The position numbers and the translations under genes are program-made. The notes beneath the pieces are model-generated. The model did no database searches. It was given only the letters and a program-made list of their open reading frames with translations, and had not been told where the DNA came from. A DNA stretch of 54,256 nucleotides from a virus (Duplodnaviria; Caudoviricetes), in the IMG/VR virus record IMGVR_UViG_3300046167_000162, positions 1-54,256 of that record; one strand, written 5' to 3'. Shown here piece after piece: positions 35,841-44,877 of this stretch (within the stretch, counting starts at the first letter, position 1; the number at the start of each line of letters is the position of its first letter).

Positions 35841-37801
35841 GAATTGTAGTAAGTGACATCGAGACAGAAGGTCTTAACAACTGCGAGAAACTATGGATCT
35901 GCGGCGGTAAAGACCTGAGTACAGGGGAGGTCACTCGCTTCGATAACTGTCATGAAGATCCTGTTGCCAAGGCTGCAGGCTATAGAAGTGGTACGAGGCA
36001 GCTGACCTTATCATTGGTCATAACTTCTTGTCATTCGATGCAGTCCAGTTGAACAGTCTGCTTAAGCCTAGGTTGATAGACCCGAAGAAGATCGTAGATA
36101 CTCTTATTATCAGTCGGCTTGTTGACTACGGTATTCAGATACCTAAGGGTGCTAAAACACCACACAGTCTACAGGCTTGGGGTATACGTCTTGGTGACTA
36201 CAAAGGGGATCACAACGACTGGTCTCAGTGGAGCCAAGAGATGGTTGACTACTGGTATCAAGACATCGAGGTATCACAAGCCCTATACGAACACTTCTCC
36301 AGTGTCATCAAGAACCCTGACTGGCGCAAGTCTCTTAGGGCTGAGCATGACCTACAGACAGAGTTAGTACGGGCTAAGTACTATGGTTTTGCATTTGATT
36401 CTGGTAAGGCAGAGATGTTACTGAACTCTGTGCAGAACGAGATGCAGGAACTTCACGCTAAGTTTGAGGTGGATATCCCTCCGAGGCTTACCCTTGTGAA
36501 TACAATCAAGTACAGGGTTAAGCAGGACGGTGACCTTATGGCTTCAGTAGTTAAAGCTAAGGAACGTTATGATCTAACAGACAGGCAAGGGCGATGACTT
36601 ACTTTGCTATAACTGGATTAACTTCAAGCCATCATCCTCTAAGGATCGTGTTGATGTCCTCTGGGATGCTGGTTGGAAGCCAGTCGATAAGAGCAAGGCT
36701 TTTATAAAGTTTGATAGGCTATCTGTTGGTGACCCTTACGGTAAGACTGTAAGCTCAATGAGCAAAGAGTTTTATAATGATAAGAAGAAACACCTAGAGC
36801 ACTACGGATGGACAGTCTCAGAGGACAACCTATCTACTCTACCTGATGATGCTCCTGAAGGTCCGAAGGCTTTGGCTAAATGGCTGACACTAGAAGGACG
36901 AAGAAGTTCACTGGTTGAGTGGTTAGGTCAAGTAGGAAGTGACGGTAGAATACATGGCAGCATTAACAACATAGGTGCTTGGACTGGTAGGTGTTCACAC
37001 AATGACCCAAACACAGCTAACATCCCATCAGTCTTTCACGGTGAACCTAAGACACCAGTCGAAGAAGTTAAGAAGAAATATGACTCACACCTTAGAGCTT
37101 GCTGGACTACACCCAGTGGCTCTTACTTAGTGGGTACAGACGCTGACGGGATTCAGCTGCGAGTACTTGCTGATTATTTATGGAGATACTTTGATGCTGA
37201 CCAGTACGCTAGAGCTATTATGGAAGGTAAGAAAGAAAACGAAACAGATATCCATAACGTTAACAAACACGCACTGGGACTTAACCATGCTACACGGGAT
37301 ATGGCTAAGACTTTTATCTATGCTTGGCTACTAGGGGCAGGTGTTGCAAAGACAGCACAGATCCTTAAGGTCAATCAAAGGCAAGCGACAGAAGCTAGAG
37401 ATAACTTCGTTAAGTCTATTGATGGCCTAGCTAAACTAAAGAACAAGTTAATACCTGCGGTAGGAGAACAGGGTTACTTCACAGGTTACGATGGACGTAA
37501 GGTTATTGTACCGTCAACTCACAAGGCTCTGGCTGGTATGCTGCAGTCTGCTGAGAGTATCCTGATGAAGCATACACTTCTCCGCTGGACTTCTGAGGCA
37601 AGAAAGATTGGTATCAACTTCAAGCTTGTAGGTTTTATCCATGACGAGTACCAAACAGAAGTGATAGGAACAAGAGAGGAAGCAGAAGAATTAGGAAAGC
37701 TTCAAGCAGACTGTATGCTTGAGGTAGGTCAGGAGCTAGGCTTTAAGATACCTACTCCAGGATCATTTGATGTGGGTAAGAATTGGCTTGACACCCATTA
37801 A
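35837..37801 (+). CDS. polA: Family A DNA polymerase (frameshifted into three ORFs)
   Basis: ExoI DIETEG, ExoII GHNFLSFD, ExoIII YWYQD, motif A DADGIQLR, motif B RDMAKTFIY, motif C IHDE; frame breaks near 35978-35987 and 36589-36591. Confidence 0.93.
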
Positions 37802-37849
37802 TTACCTATGCTACTAACCGAATCAGTTACAAACTAAGAGGATAACAAC

Positions 37850-38413
37850 ATGGCTAACGAATCAAAAACACAGATCGTAGAGGTCTTCGGTACACTTGAG
37901 TGGGCAAAAGTATTTGAACACAACCGAGATCGTGCGGCGTGGAATGAAGAGAAGGACGGTGAGTATAAGATCACTGTTATCATGGACGATGACAACGCCG
38001 AAAAGCTTAAGGCTTCAGGCTGTGCTAAGGCTACCCACCAAGTTGAAGGTGGTACTAAGGTTACCTTCGCTCGTCCACATAAAGGTAAGTTCGATTGGCA
38101 GGGCGGTGCGCCGTCTGTTGCTAACATTAAAGGACAACCTTGGGACTTTGATATGGATGGCTATATCGGTAATGGTTCCACAGGTCTTGTCCGTGTAGCG
38201 GTTTATCCCGCTGGCAGTTCTGGGCGTATTGGCTCACGCCTAGAGGCTGTACAAGTTGTAGATCACGTTGAGTTTGAGTCCGAAGGCGGCAGCTCAACCA
38301 GCGGGTTTAAAGACTTGTCCAGTTACTCCTCCCAAGGAGCCAAGACCGAGGCCAAGCCTGTGAAGACAGCAGCCAAGAAGGTTGTTGTAGAGGATGACGC
38401 CATCCCTTTCTAG
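37850..38413 (+). CDS. Single-stranded DNA-binding protein (gp2.5-like)
   Basis: IGNGS, RLEAVQV, acidic tail EDDAIPF. Confidence 0.8.
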   Translation: MANESKTQIVEVFGTLEWAKVFEHNRDRAAWNEEKDGEYKITVIMDDDNAEKLKASGCAKATHQVEGGTKVTFARPHKGKFDWQGGAPSVANIKGQPWDFDMDGYIGNGSTGLVRVAVYPAGSSGRIGSRLEAVQVVDHVEFESEGGSSTSGFKDLSSYSSQGAKTEAKPVKTAAKKVVVEDDAIPF

Positions 38414-38452
38414 GCTTGACTCACTTTCTGTTGTGTATGTGTGTTCAAGAAA

Positions 38453-38478
38453 GCCCCTTCCCTTAGTTGGGTGGGGGC
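38453..38478 (+). terminator. GC-rich hairpin between SSB and exonuclease
   Basis: GCCCC-TTCCC-ttagtt-GGGTG-GGGGC; no U-tract. Confidence 0.35.
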
Positions 38479-38499
38479 AACCAACCTCAGGAGGAAACA

Positions 38500-39384
38500 A
38501 TGAAGACTATAGATACCCTAGTCCAAGACATCGAGCAGACTATCTTCGGCCACAACGGTTGGGATAAAACTCTTGGTGACTTCATGGCTAACAACATCTC
38601 TACGATGGCAGAGCAACGCTTTGCTAAACCACAAGAGCCACGGGGGTATCTGTCACTGTCTGCGCTGGGTACTCAGTGCGAAAGAAAACTGTGGTACAAG
38701 ATCAACAAGACAACCCAAGCGGAACCTTTGAGTGCGTCTACACTTCTCAAGTTCTTCTACGGTGACATCATCGAAGAGCTAGTGCTTACTATTGCAGCGG
38801 TCTCTGGTCACAGTGTAACTGGTATGCAGGACCGCATGGATGTTCACGGTATCAAAGGACACAGAGATGCTGTTATAGATGGCATGACTGTTGATGTTAA
38901 GTCTGCTTCCCCTTTTGCGTTTAAGAAGTTCAAGGAAGGTAACCTCAGAGAAGACGATCCCTTTGGTTATATCTCCCAGCTATCTTCCTATGTTTACGCA
39001 GCCAAGGATGACCCCAAGGTAACAAACAAAACACAAGGTGCCTTCTTGGTTATAGACAAGGTAAACGGTAACGTCTGCTTGGATGTTTATGACTTCACAG
39101 AGGAGATGCAAGATAAGGAGAAAGAGGTAGCTCACCTAAAGGAAATGGTTTCACTACCCGAGCCACCTGATCGTGCATTTGAACCTGTACCTCAGTCCCC
39201 TAAGAACCCCAAGGGAAATAAGAAACTTCCTATGGCTTGCTCTTACTGTGACTTCAAGAAGGAGTGCTACCCTAACCTTAGGAAATTTATCTACAGCGAC
39301 AAGCCTCTCTTTTTAACTGAAGTGGTTAAGAAGCCAATGGTTGCCGAAGACTTGGAGTATAACCTTGGCTTACAACAAGAATAA
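38500..39384 (+). CDS. PD-(D/E)xK exonuclease (Cas4-like Cys cluster)
   Basis: C.RKLWY, GHRDA..DVKS, QLSSY, CSYCDFKKEC; GGAGG RBS. Confidence 0.82.
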   Translation: MKTIDTLVQDIEQTIFGHNGWDKTLGDFMANNISTMAEQRFAKPQEPRGYLSLSALGTQCERKLWYKINKTTQAEPLSASTLLKFFYGDIIEELVLTIAAVSGHSVTGMQDRMDVHGIKGHRDAVIDGMTVDVKSASPFAFKKFKEGNLREDDPFGYISQLSSYVYAAKDDPKVTNKTQGAFLVIDKVNGNVCLDVYDFTEEMQDKEKEVAHLKEMVSLPEPPDRAFEPVPQSPKNPKGNKKLPMACSYCDFKKECYPNLRKFIYSDKPLFLTEVVKKPMVAEDLEYNLGLQQE

Positions 39385-39772
39385 ACTAAGGGGTATCCAA
39401 GCAGGATACCGATCAGGTCTAGAGGAAGATACAGCCGCTTACCTAACTAAGAAGAAGATCTCTTTTACCTACGAGAAGGAGAAGATCAAGTGGTTAGATA
39501 TGAAGTACAGAACTTACACCCCTGACTTTGTTCTAGCTAACGGTATCATAGTTGAGACTAAAGGACGTTTCGTTTCTGTAGATAGACGTAAACATAAAGA
39601 GATCAAGAAGCAGTTCCCAGATCTAGACATTAGGTTTGTGTTCAGCAACAGTAGACAGAAGCTTTACAAGGGTGCTAAGAGTTCGTATGGTGACTGGTGT
39701 AAGAGTAACGGATTCAAGTACGCCGACAAGGTAATACCAGAGGACTGGTTGGAGGAAGTTAAAGATGAGTGA
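39341..39772 (+). CDS. Endonuclease I / Holliday junction resolvase (T7 gp3-like)
   Basis: YRSGLE, YTPDF, ETKGRF, LDIRFVF. Confidence 0.92.
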   Translation: MPKTWSITLAYNKNKLRGIQAGYRSGLEEDTAAYLTKKKISFTYEKEKIKWLDMKYRTYTPDFVLANGIIVETKGRFVSVDRRKHKEIKKQFPDLDIRFVFSNSRQKLYKGAKSSYGDWCKSNGFKYADKVIPEDWLEEVKDE

Positions 39773-40040
39773 ACCTTTTGAACCTAAGGTAGAAGTGCTG
39801 CAGGTTATACATGGACCCTTCGAGGATGATGAAGGACGGGTATGGAACCTGTGTTTAGCGAGACACTGCTCTACCAATGAACCCTTTGAAGAGGAGTACT
39901 ACTACCAATCTCTCAAAGATGCTATGGACGATGTGTCTCGTTTACATAAGACAGGGCCATTCCTAATAGACGATCTAGGTAATACCGAGCAAGACCACAG
40001 TGACAAGCAAACCCGGAAGGTTATAGAGTATGTCCAGTAA
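39765..40040 (+). CDS. Hypothetical protein
   Basis: 91 aa, overlaps neighbours. Confidence 0.65.
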   Translation: MSEPFEPKVEVLQVIHGPFEDDEGRVWNLCLARHCSTNEPFEEEYYYQSLKDAMDDVSRLHKTGPFLIDDLGNTEQDHSDKQTRKVIEYVQ

Positions 40041-40806
40041 AACAGCAGTCGTATTCAGTTGCGCACACGTAGACCCCAGTATCCCTAACGACAGGTTCGA
40101 TCTACTTGGTGAACTGATCTATGATATTAACCCCACCTACGTTGTGGACCTGGGTGACGGAGCAGACATGAAGTCTCTTAATAGCTTTGACACTAGGTAT
40201 CCTGAGGCTATCGTATCCCAGAACTACGGTGAAGACATCGAGCACTACAACGATGCAATGGAAAGACTACGCAAGAAGCCAAGTATAAGAAAGTACAAGA
40301 AGCCGTACTGGATTGGCTTTGAAGGTAACCACGAGAACAGAATTAAAAAGGCTTTAGCACATGACCCAAGACTTAAGGGAGACAAGTACGGGATATCCTT
40401 CGGGCATCTTCAAACGGACCACTGGTTCGATGAGTACCACGAGTACCAAAACTCAGCACCTTCTATCGCTGACTACGATGGTGTATCATACGCTCATTTC
40501 TTTTCTAGCGGTAACTACGGCACAGCTATGTCTGGTCTTCACCATGGTTACAGCCTCTTACAAAGTAGGAACCATTCTTCTACCTGTGGCCATAGTCATA
40601 AGCGTTCTGTCTACTTTAAAGATTCTGCACACCCTAATCCAATTATCGGCTTGGTTGCGGGTTGTTTCAAAGGAGGAGCAGAAGGTTGGGCGGGACAAGC
40701 TAACCTAGAATGGTGGAAGGGCTGCGTAATTAAAAGAGAGATACGAGATGGTGTATACGAGCCAGAGTTTGTATCTTTAGACAGGTTAAGAAAAGAATAT
40801 GGTTGA
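40030..40806 (+). CDS. Calcineurin-like metallophosphoesterase
   Basis: LGDGAD, GNHE, GHSH; first DxH motif reads CAH. Confidence 0.85.
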   Translation: MSSKTAVVFSCAHVDPSIPNDRFDLLGELIYDINPTYVVDLGDGADMKSLNSFDTRYPEAIVSQNYGEDIEHYNDAMERLRKKPSIRKYKKPYWIGFEGNHENRIKKALAHDPRLKGDKYGISFGHLQTDHWFDEYHEYQNSAPSIADYDGVSYAHFFSSGNYGTAMSGLHHGYSLLQSRNHSSTCGHSHKRSVYFKDSAHPNPIIGLVAGCFKGGAEGWAGQANLEWWKGCVIKREIRDGVYEPEFVSLDRLRKEYG

Positions 40807-40832
40807 CCTAAGAGGTAAGAATAATATAACTA
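40803..40832 (+). promoter_or_regulatory. sigma70-type promoter for nucleotide-metabolism genes
   Basis: TTGACC-N16-TATAACTA. Confidence 0.7.
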
Positions 40833-40844
40833 GGGGTTCTGACT

Positions 40845-41009
40845 ATGCAGTTTGAAGGTAGATTAGTTTTTACGGTTGACCCAGACGCTAACTTCCTTGA
40901 GGTTGATCGAGTTGAAATGGAAAGAGTTCTCGAAGAGATACTTGCTATAGCCATATACGACATAGACGATGTAATACTAGAACAATGTGAGGTAACACAG
41001 AATGACTAA
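40845..41009 (+). CDS. Small acidic hypothetical protein
   Basis: 54 aa MQFEGRLVF..., directly after promoter. Confidence 0.55.
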   Translation: MQFEGRLVFTVDPDANFLEVDRVEMERVLEEILAIAIYDIDDVILEQCEVTQND

Positions 41010-41202
41010 ACTAACACTCGATGATAAAGAATACGAAATCGAAGACATGACTGATGAGCAGAAAGATATCTTGTCTGTTCTTAATTTAAACTCTAATTCT
41101 TCAACGTTGCTAAACCACATGCTTCAGTGCGTAGAGTCTGTTCGTGCAGTAAAGGTTGCAGAGTTGAAGGAATCCTTAGAAGGTAACAAAGATGATAACT
41201 AA
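41002..41202 (+). CDS. Small coiled-coil protein
   Basis: 66 aa LTLDDKEYEIEDMTDEQK. Confidence 0.65.
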   Translation: MTKLTLDDKEYEIEDMTDEQKDILSVLNLNSNSSTLLNHMLQCVESVRAVKVAELKESLEGNKDDN

Positions 41203-41665
41203 TGACGACATTGAAGCATTCATGCCAGCCACACCTGATGAGTGCCTCGAAGAGTTTATACTAACATTTAAGGCTTCCCTAGACCCTAGGCTGTGGGTCA
41301 CCCTTATCAGAGAGGAACTCAAAGAGCTTCAGGATGAGAAGGTGGGAACAGTCGAGCACCTCAAGGAAGTGGCTGACCTTCTCTATGTGCTTGAGGGTTT
41401 CCGTCTGGTATCCCCTAACTACCTAGACCTTCTAATTGATGACGAAGAGTTAGAAAGTATAGACACTCTTCTTGAGGTGGTTGATAAGGAGCTAGGTAAC
41501 GCAGAAGGTTTCTACGGACACAACACAGTCTACGATGCATTTCTAATGGTACATGACAGCAACATGTCCAAGCTAGACGAAGATGGAAAACCTATCTTTA
41601 GAGAAGACGGCAAGGTTCTAAAGGGACCATACTACAGAGCACCTGACCTCTCATACTTATTATAA
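41192..41665 (+). CDS. MazG-like/PRA-PH-like NTP pyrophosphohydrolase
   Basis: LIREELKE, KEVADLLYV, VHDSNMSK, REDGKVLKG. Confidence 0.85.
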   Translation: MITNDDIEAFMPATPDECLEEFILTFKASLDPRLWVTLIREELKELQDEKVGTVEHLKEVADLLYVLEGFRLVSPNYLDLLIDDEELESIDTLLEVVDKELGNAEGFYGHNTVYDAFLMVHDSNMSKLDEDGKPIFREDGKVLKGPYYRAPDLSYLL

Positions 41666-41678
41666 TAAAGGAAACACA

Positions 41679-43583
41679 ATGAGCAACCAACTACCAACAG
41701 ATTACCAATCGTTCATCCACAAGTCTAGGTACGCTAAATACTTTGACGGAAAGGGCCGTGAGTCATGGAGTGAGACAGTGGGACGCTACATGGAAAATGT
41801 AGTAGACAAGGCAATGGGTGGTGTAAAGAACAGCCTAACAAAAGACATTGAACAAGCTATTATTGGGCAAGAGATCATGCCATCCATGAGAGCTATGATG
41901 ACAGCAGGTCCAGCCCTAGACCGTGACAACACTGCAGGATACAACTGTAGCTACTTACCCGTAGATGACCCTAAGTCCTTCGATGAGGCTATGTACATCC
42001 TCCTCTGTGGTACTGGTGTCGGGTTCAGTGTCGAGCGCCAGTTCATCAGTAAGCTCCCAGAGGTGCCTGAGCTGTTCGAGAGTGAGTCTATCGTTGTCGT
42101 TAAGGACAGTAAGGAAGGCTGGGCTAAGGGGTTCCGTCAAGTTCTTGCACTCCTCTGGGCTGGTGAGGTTCCTAAGTGGGATGTGTCACAGGTACGCCCC
42201 GCAGGTGCAAGGCTTAAAACGTTTGGCGGTAGAGCATCAGGCCCAGCGCCACTCGTAGAGTTATTTAATTTCGCAGTGTCTACATTCAAGGCTGCACAAG
42301 GACGTAAGCTATCCTCTATGGAATGTCATGACTTGATGTGCTTCATTGGTCAGATCGTTGTTGTAGGTGGTGTGAGACGTTCAGCTATGATCAGTCTGTC
42401 TAACCTGAGTGATGACCGTATGCGTCACGCTAAGTCAGGACAGTGGTGGGAAACTGCTGGTCATCGTGCCTTGGCTAACAACTCTGTATCGTACACTGAG
42501 AAGCCAGACATGGAAACATTCATGCGTGAGTGGCTTGCACTGGTTGAGTCTAAGTCAGGTGAGCGTGGTATCTTCAATCGTGAAGCATCCAAGAAGCAAG
42601 CAGCTAAGTTTGGGCGGCGTGATCCTAACTATGAGTTTGGTACAAACCCTTGTTCTGAAATCATTTTACGTCCATATCAGTTTTGTAACTTAACGGAGTG
42701 CGTAGTACGTGCTACCGATACCTTGCAGGACTTGGAACGTAAGGTTAAGTTGGCTACTATCTTAGGTACTATCCAGTCTACCATGATTAAGTTCCCTTAC
42801 CTACGTAAGGTCTGGCAGAACAATACAGCAGAGGAACGGTTGCTTGGTGTGTCTATGACAGGCATTATGGATAACCCCCTCATGACGAACAAGAACAAAG
42901 GATTGGAGAAGACCCTTGAGCATCTTCGTGATATCGCTGTTAATACTAATGCTGAGTGGGCTGAGTTGCTTGGCATCCCTGCTAGTGCTGCTATCAGCTG
43001 TGTTAAACCTTCCGGTACGGTATCACAGTTGGTTGATTCCGCTAGTGGTATTCACGCTAGGCACAGCCCCCATTATATTCGTACTGTCCGTGGTGATAAC
43101 AAAGATCCCCTGACACAGTTTATGATTGACCAAGGTATCCCTAATGAGCCTTGCGTTATGAAGCCTGACTCTACTGTAGTGTTTAGCTTTCCTGTTAAGT
43201 CACCTAGTCAGGCAGTCACACGTAACGACATGACAGCTGTAGAGCAACTTGAGTTGTGGCTTACCTATCAGCGACACTGGTGCGAACACAAACCATCTGT
43301 GACTATCTCAGTTCGTGACACCGAATGGATGTCCGTGGGTGCATTTGTGTATGAGCACTTTGACGAGATGTCAGGTGTATCATTCTTGCCACACTCAGAT
43401 CATACCTACCAGCAAGCACCTTATCAGGATTGCACCAAGGAAGAGTACGAAGAGATGCTCTCTAAGATGCCAGACAAGATTGACTGGGAGCTTCTTAACG
43501 AGTATGAGAGTGAAGACAACACAGTATCAATGCAGACTATGGCTTGCTCTGGTGATAGCTGTGAGATCGTAGACCTAGTGTAA
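41679..43583 (+). CDS. nrdJ: Class II (adenosylcobalamin-dependent) ribonucleotide reductase
   Basis: NPCSEI, FCNLTE, VKPSGT, GGVRRSA, C-terminal ACSGDSCE; no beta subunit gene in window. Confidence 0.9.
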   Translation: MSNQLPTDYQSFIHKSRYAKYFDGKGRESWSETVGRYMENVVDKAMGGVKNSLTKDIEQAIIGQEIMPSMRAMMTAGPALDRDNTAGYNCSYLPVDDPKSFDEAMYILLCGTGVGFSVERQFISKLPEVPELFESESIVVVKDSKEGWAKGFRQVLALLWAGEVPKWDVSQVRPAGARLKTFGGRASGPAPLVELFNFAVSTFKAAQGRKLSSMECHDLMCFIGQIVVVGGVRRSAMISLSNLSDDRMRHAKSGQWWETAGHRALANNSVSYTEKPDMETFMREWLALVESKSGERGIFNREASKKQAAKFGRRDPNYEFGTNPCSEIILRPYQFCNLTECVVRATDTLQDLERKVKLATILGTIQSTMIKFPYLRKVWQNNTAEERLLGVSMTGIMDNPLMTNKNKGLEKTLEHLRDIAVNTNAEWAELLGIPASAAISCVKPSGTVSQLVDSASGIHARHSPHYIRTVRGDNKDPLTQFMIDQGIPNEPCVMKPDSTVVFSFPVKSPSQAVTRNDMTAVEQLELWLTYQRHWCEHKPSVTISVRDTEWMSVGAFVYEHFDEMSGVSFLPHSDHTYQQAPYQDCTKEEYEEMLSKMPDKIDWELLNEYESEDNTVSMQTMACSGDSCEIVDLV

Positions 43584-43629
43584 ACCCAGCACCTAAGCAT
43601 GTGTATAAACTGCTTACTCAGGAGATATT

Positions 43630-43866
43630 ATGTATACTATCATTACCCGTGACCAATGTAACTTTTGTGATGACGCTAAAGCTCTACTGAAAGGTATAGG
43701 TTTTTCCTACACAGAGTACAACGTCCACTCCCCTAGCTCTAGGTGGGTGCTAACCTTATTGAAGAAGACCTCCTTAACAACAGTTCCTCAGGTATTCAGC
43801 CCGACAGGTGACTACATCGGCGGGTATACAGAGCTAAAAGAATTCTTGGAAAAGGAACAACGCTAA
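43630..43866 (+). CDS. Glutaredoxin
   Basis: CNFC active site, TVPQVF, IGGY. Confidence 0.9.
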   Translation: MYTIITRDQCNFCDDAKALLKGIGFSYTEYNVHSPSSRWVLTLLKKTSLTTVPQVFSPTGDYIGGYTELKEFLEKEQR

Positions 43867-44570
43867 TGGATGACTTCCCAGAGAAGCCCACTAGATCAAG
43901 ACGAAAGACCAACTACAAAAATGCATCAGCTAAGCCTACGTCTGGGCTAGTTCCAAAGACTAACAGCCAGAAGCTTCTTATAGAGGCTCTCGGAAGTCAT
44001 AGCCAAGTATTTATCCTTGGGCCAGCAGGTACAGGTAAGACTTATATTACTGCTACTTGTGCATCTGATCTCTACACTCTAAAAGAGATAGACAAGATTG
44101 TAATTACTAGACCACACGTAACTGTAGGTAAGGATATCGGTTACCTACCAGGTACACTAGAAGAGAAGACATATCCGTGGGCATTGCCTGTCTTGGATGT
44201 GTTAGTAAAACACCTAGGAAAAGGTGCAGTAGAAACGGGGATTAAAAATGGCAACATCGAAATGGCACCTCTTGCCCTCATGCGTGGGCGTAGTTTTGAT
44301 AATTCTTTTATTATTGTAGATGAAGCACAGAACATAACAACCCATGAATTAAAGATGCTATTGACTAGAGTTGGTGAAGGTAGTACTATTGTGCTCAACG
44401 GTGATGTCCAACAGTCAGACCTTAAGGAAGCTGACGGTTTATCTAAGGTTATCCACCTTGCCAAGAAGCACATGTTAGACGTGCCAGTAATTGAGTTCGG
44501 GATTGAAGACATCATACGGTCTGACATCTGCGCTCAATGGGTCAAGGTCTTCATGAAAGAAAGTATATAG
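43866..44570 (+). CDS. phoH: PhoH-family ATPase
   Basis: GPAGTGKT, GYLPG, MRGRSF, DEAQN, GD..QSD. Confidence 0.93.
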   Translation: MDDFPEKPTRSRRKTNYKNASAKPTSGLVPKTNSQKLLIEALGSHSQVFILGPAGTGKTYITATCASDLYTLKEIDKIVITRPHVTVGKDIGYLPGTLEEKTYPWALPVLDVLVKHLGKGAVETGIKNGNIEMAPLALMRGRSFDNSFIIVDEAQNITTHELKMLLTRVGEGSTIVLNGDVQQSDLKEADGLSKVIHLAKKHMLDVPVIEFGIEDIIRSDICAQWVKVFMKESI

Positions 44571-44579
44571 GGTAGGTAC

Positions 44580-44831
44580 ATGACAACAGGCAGTCCTAAA
44601 AAGCCAAGAGGTAGGCCACCAAAAAAGAAAACCCTTGAGCAAGAAGCCCAAGAGTTCCTAAAGAAAGAGAAAGATAGTGTCCCCCCTGGTTCTCTCCAGG
44701 TAGGGGATTTCTATGCTGGATGCGCTCTGTCAGGTTTGATTGCATCTGGTAAGTTCCTACGGTCTGACGAGATTGTAGACGAAGCCTTCAAGTATCGAGA
44801 CAGGATGCTTGAGGCCAACAATAAGAAGTGA
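44580..44831 (+). CDS. AT-hook-containing small protein
   Basis: KKPRGRPPKKK near N-terminus. Confidence 0.65.
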   Translation: MTTGSPKKPRGRPPKKKTLEQEAQEFLKKEKDSVPPGSLQVGDFYAGCALSGLIASGKFLRSDEIVDEAFKYRDRMLEANNKK

Positions 44832-44843
44832 TACTTTAAACTA

Positions 44844-44877
44844 AACCCCCAGCTAATAACTGGGGGTTCTTTCTTTT
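44844..44877. terminator. Bidirectional intrinsic terminator between converging arms
   Basis: AACCCCCAG-ctaataa-CTGGGGGTT, T-rich 3' side and A-rich 5' side. Confidence 0.85.

Noticed and set aside
35837-37801. Intron/intein or DnaJ-type insertion in polA
   Set aside because: Reconstructed frame is continuous (~654 codons) with no CxxCxGxG repeats or intein motifs
37788-38440. Promoters at TTGACA 37788 and TTGACT 38416
   Set aside because: Plausible -35 boxes, but no convincing -10 at 16-17 bp spacing
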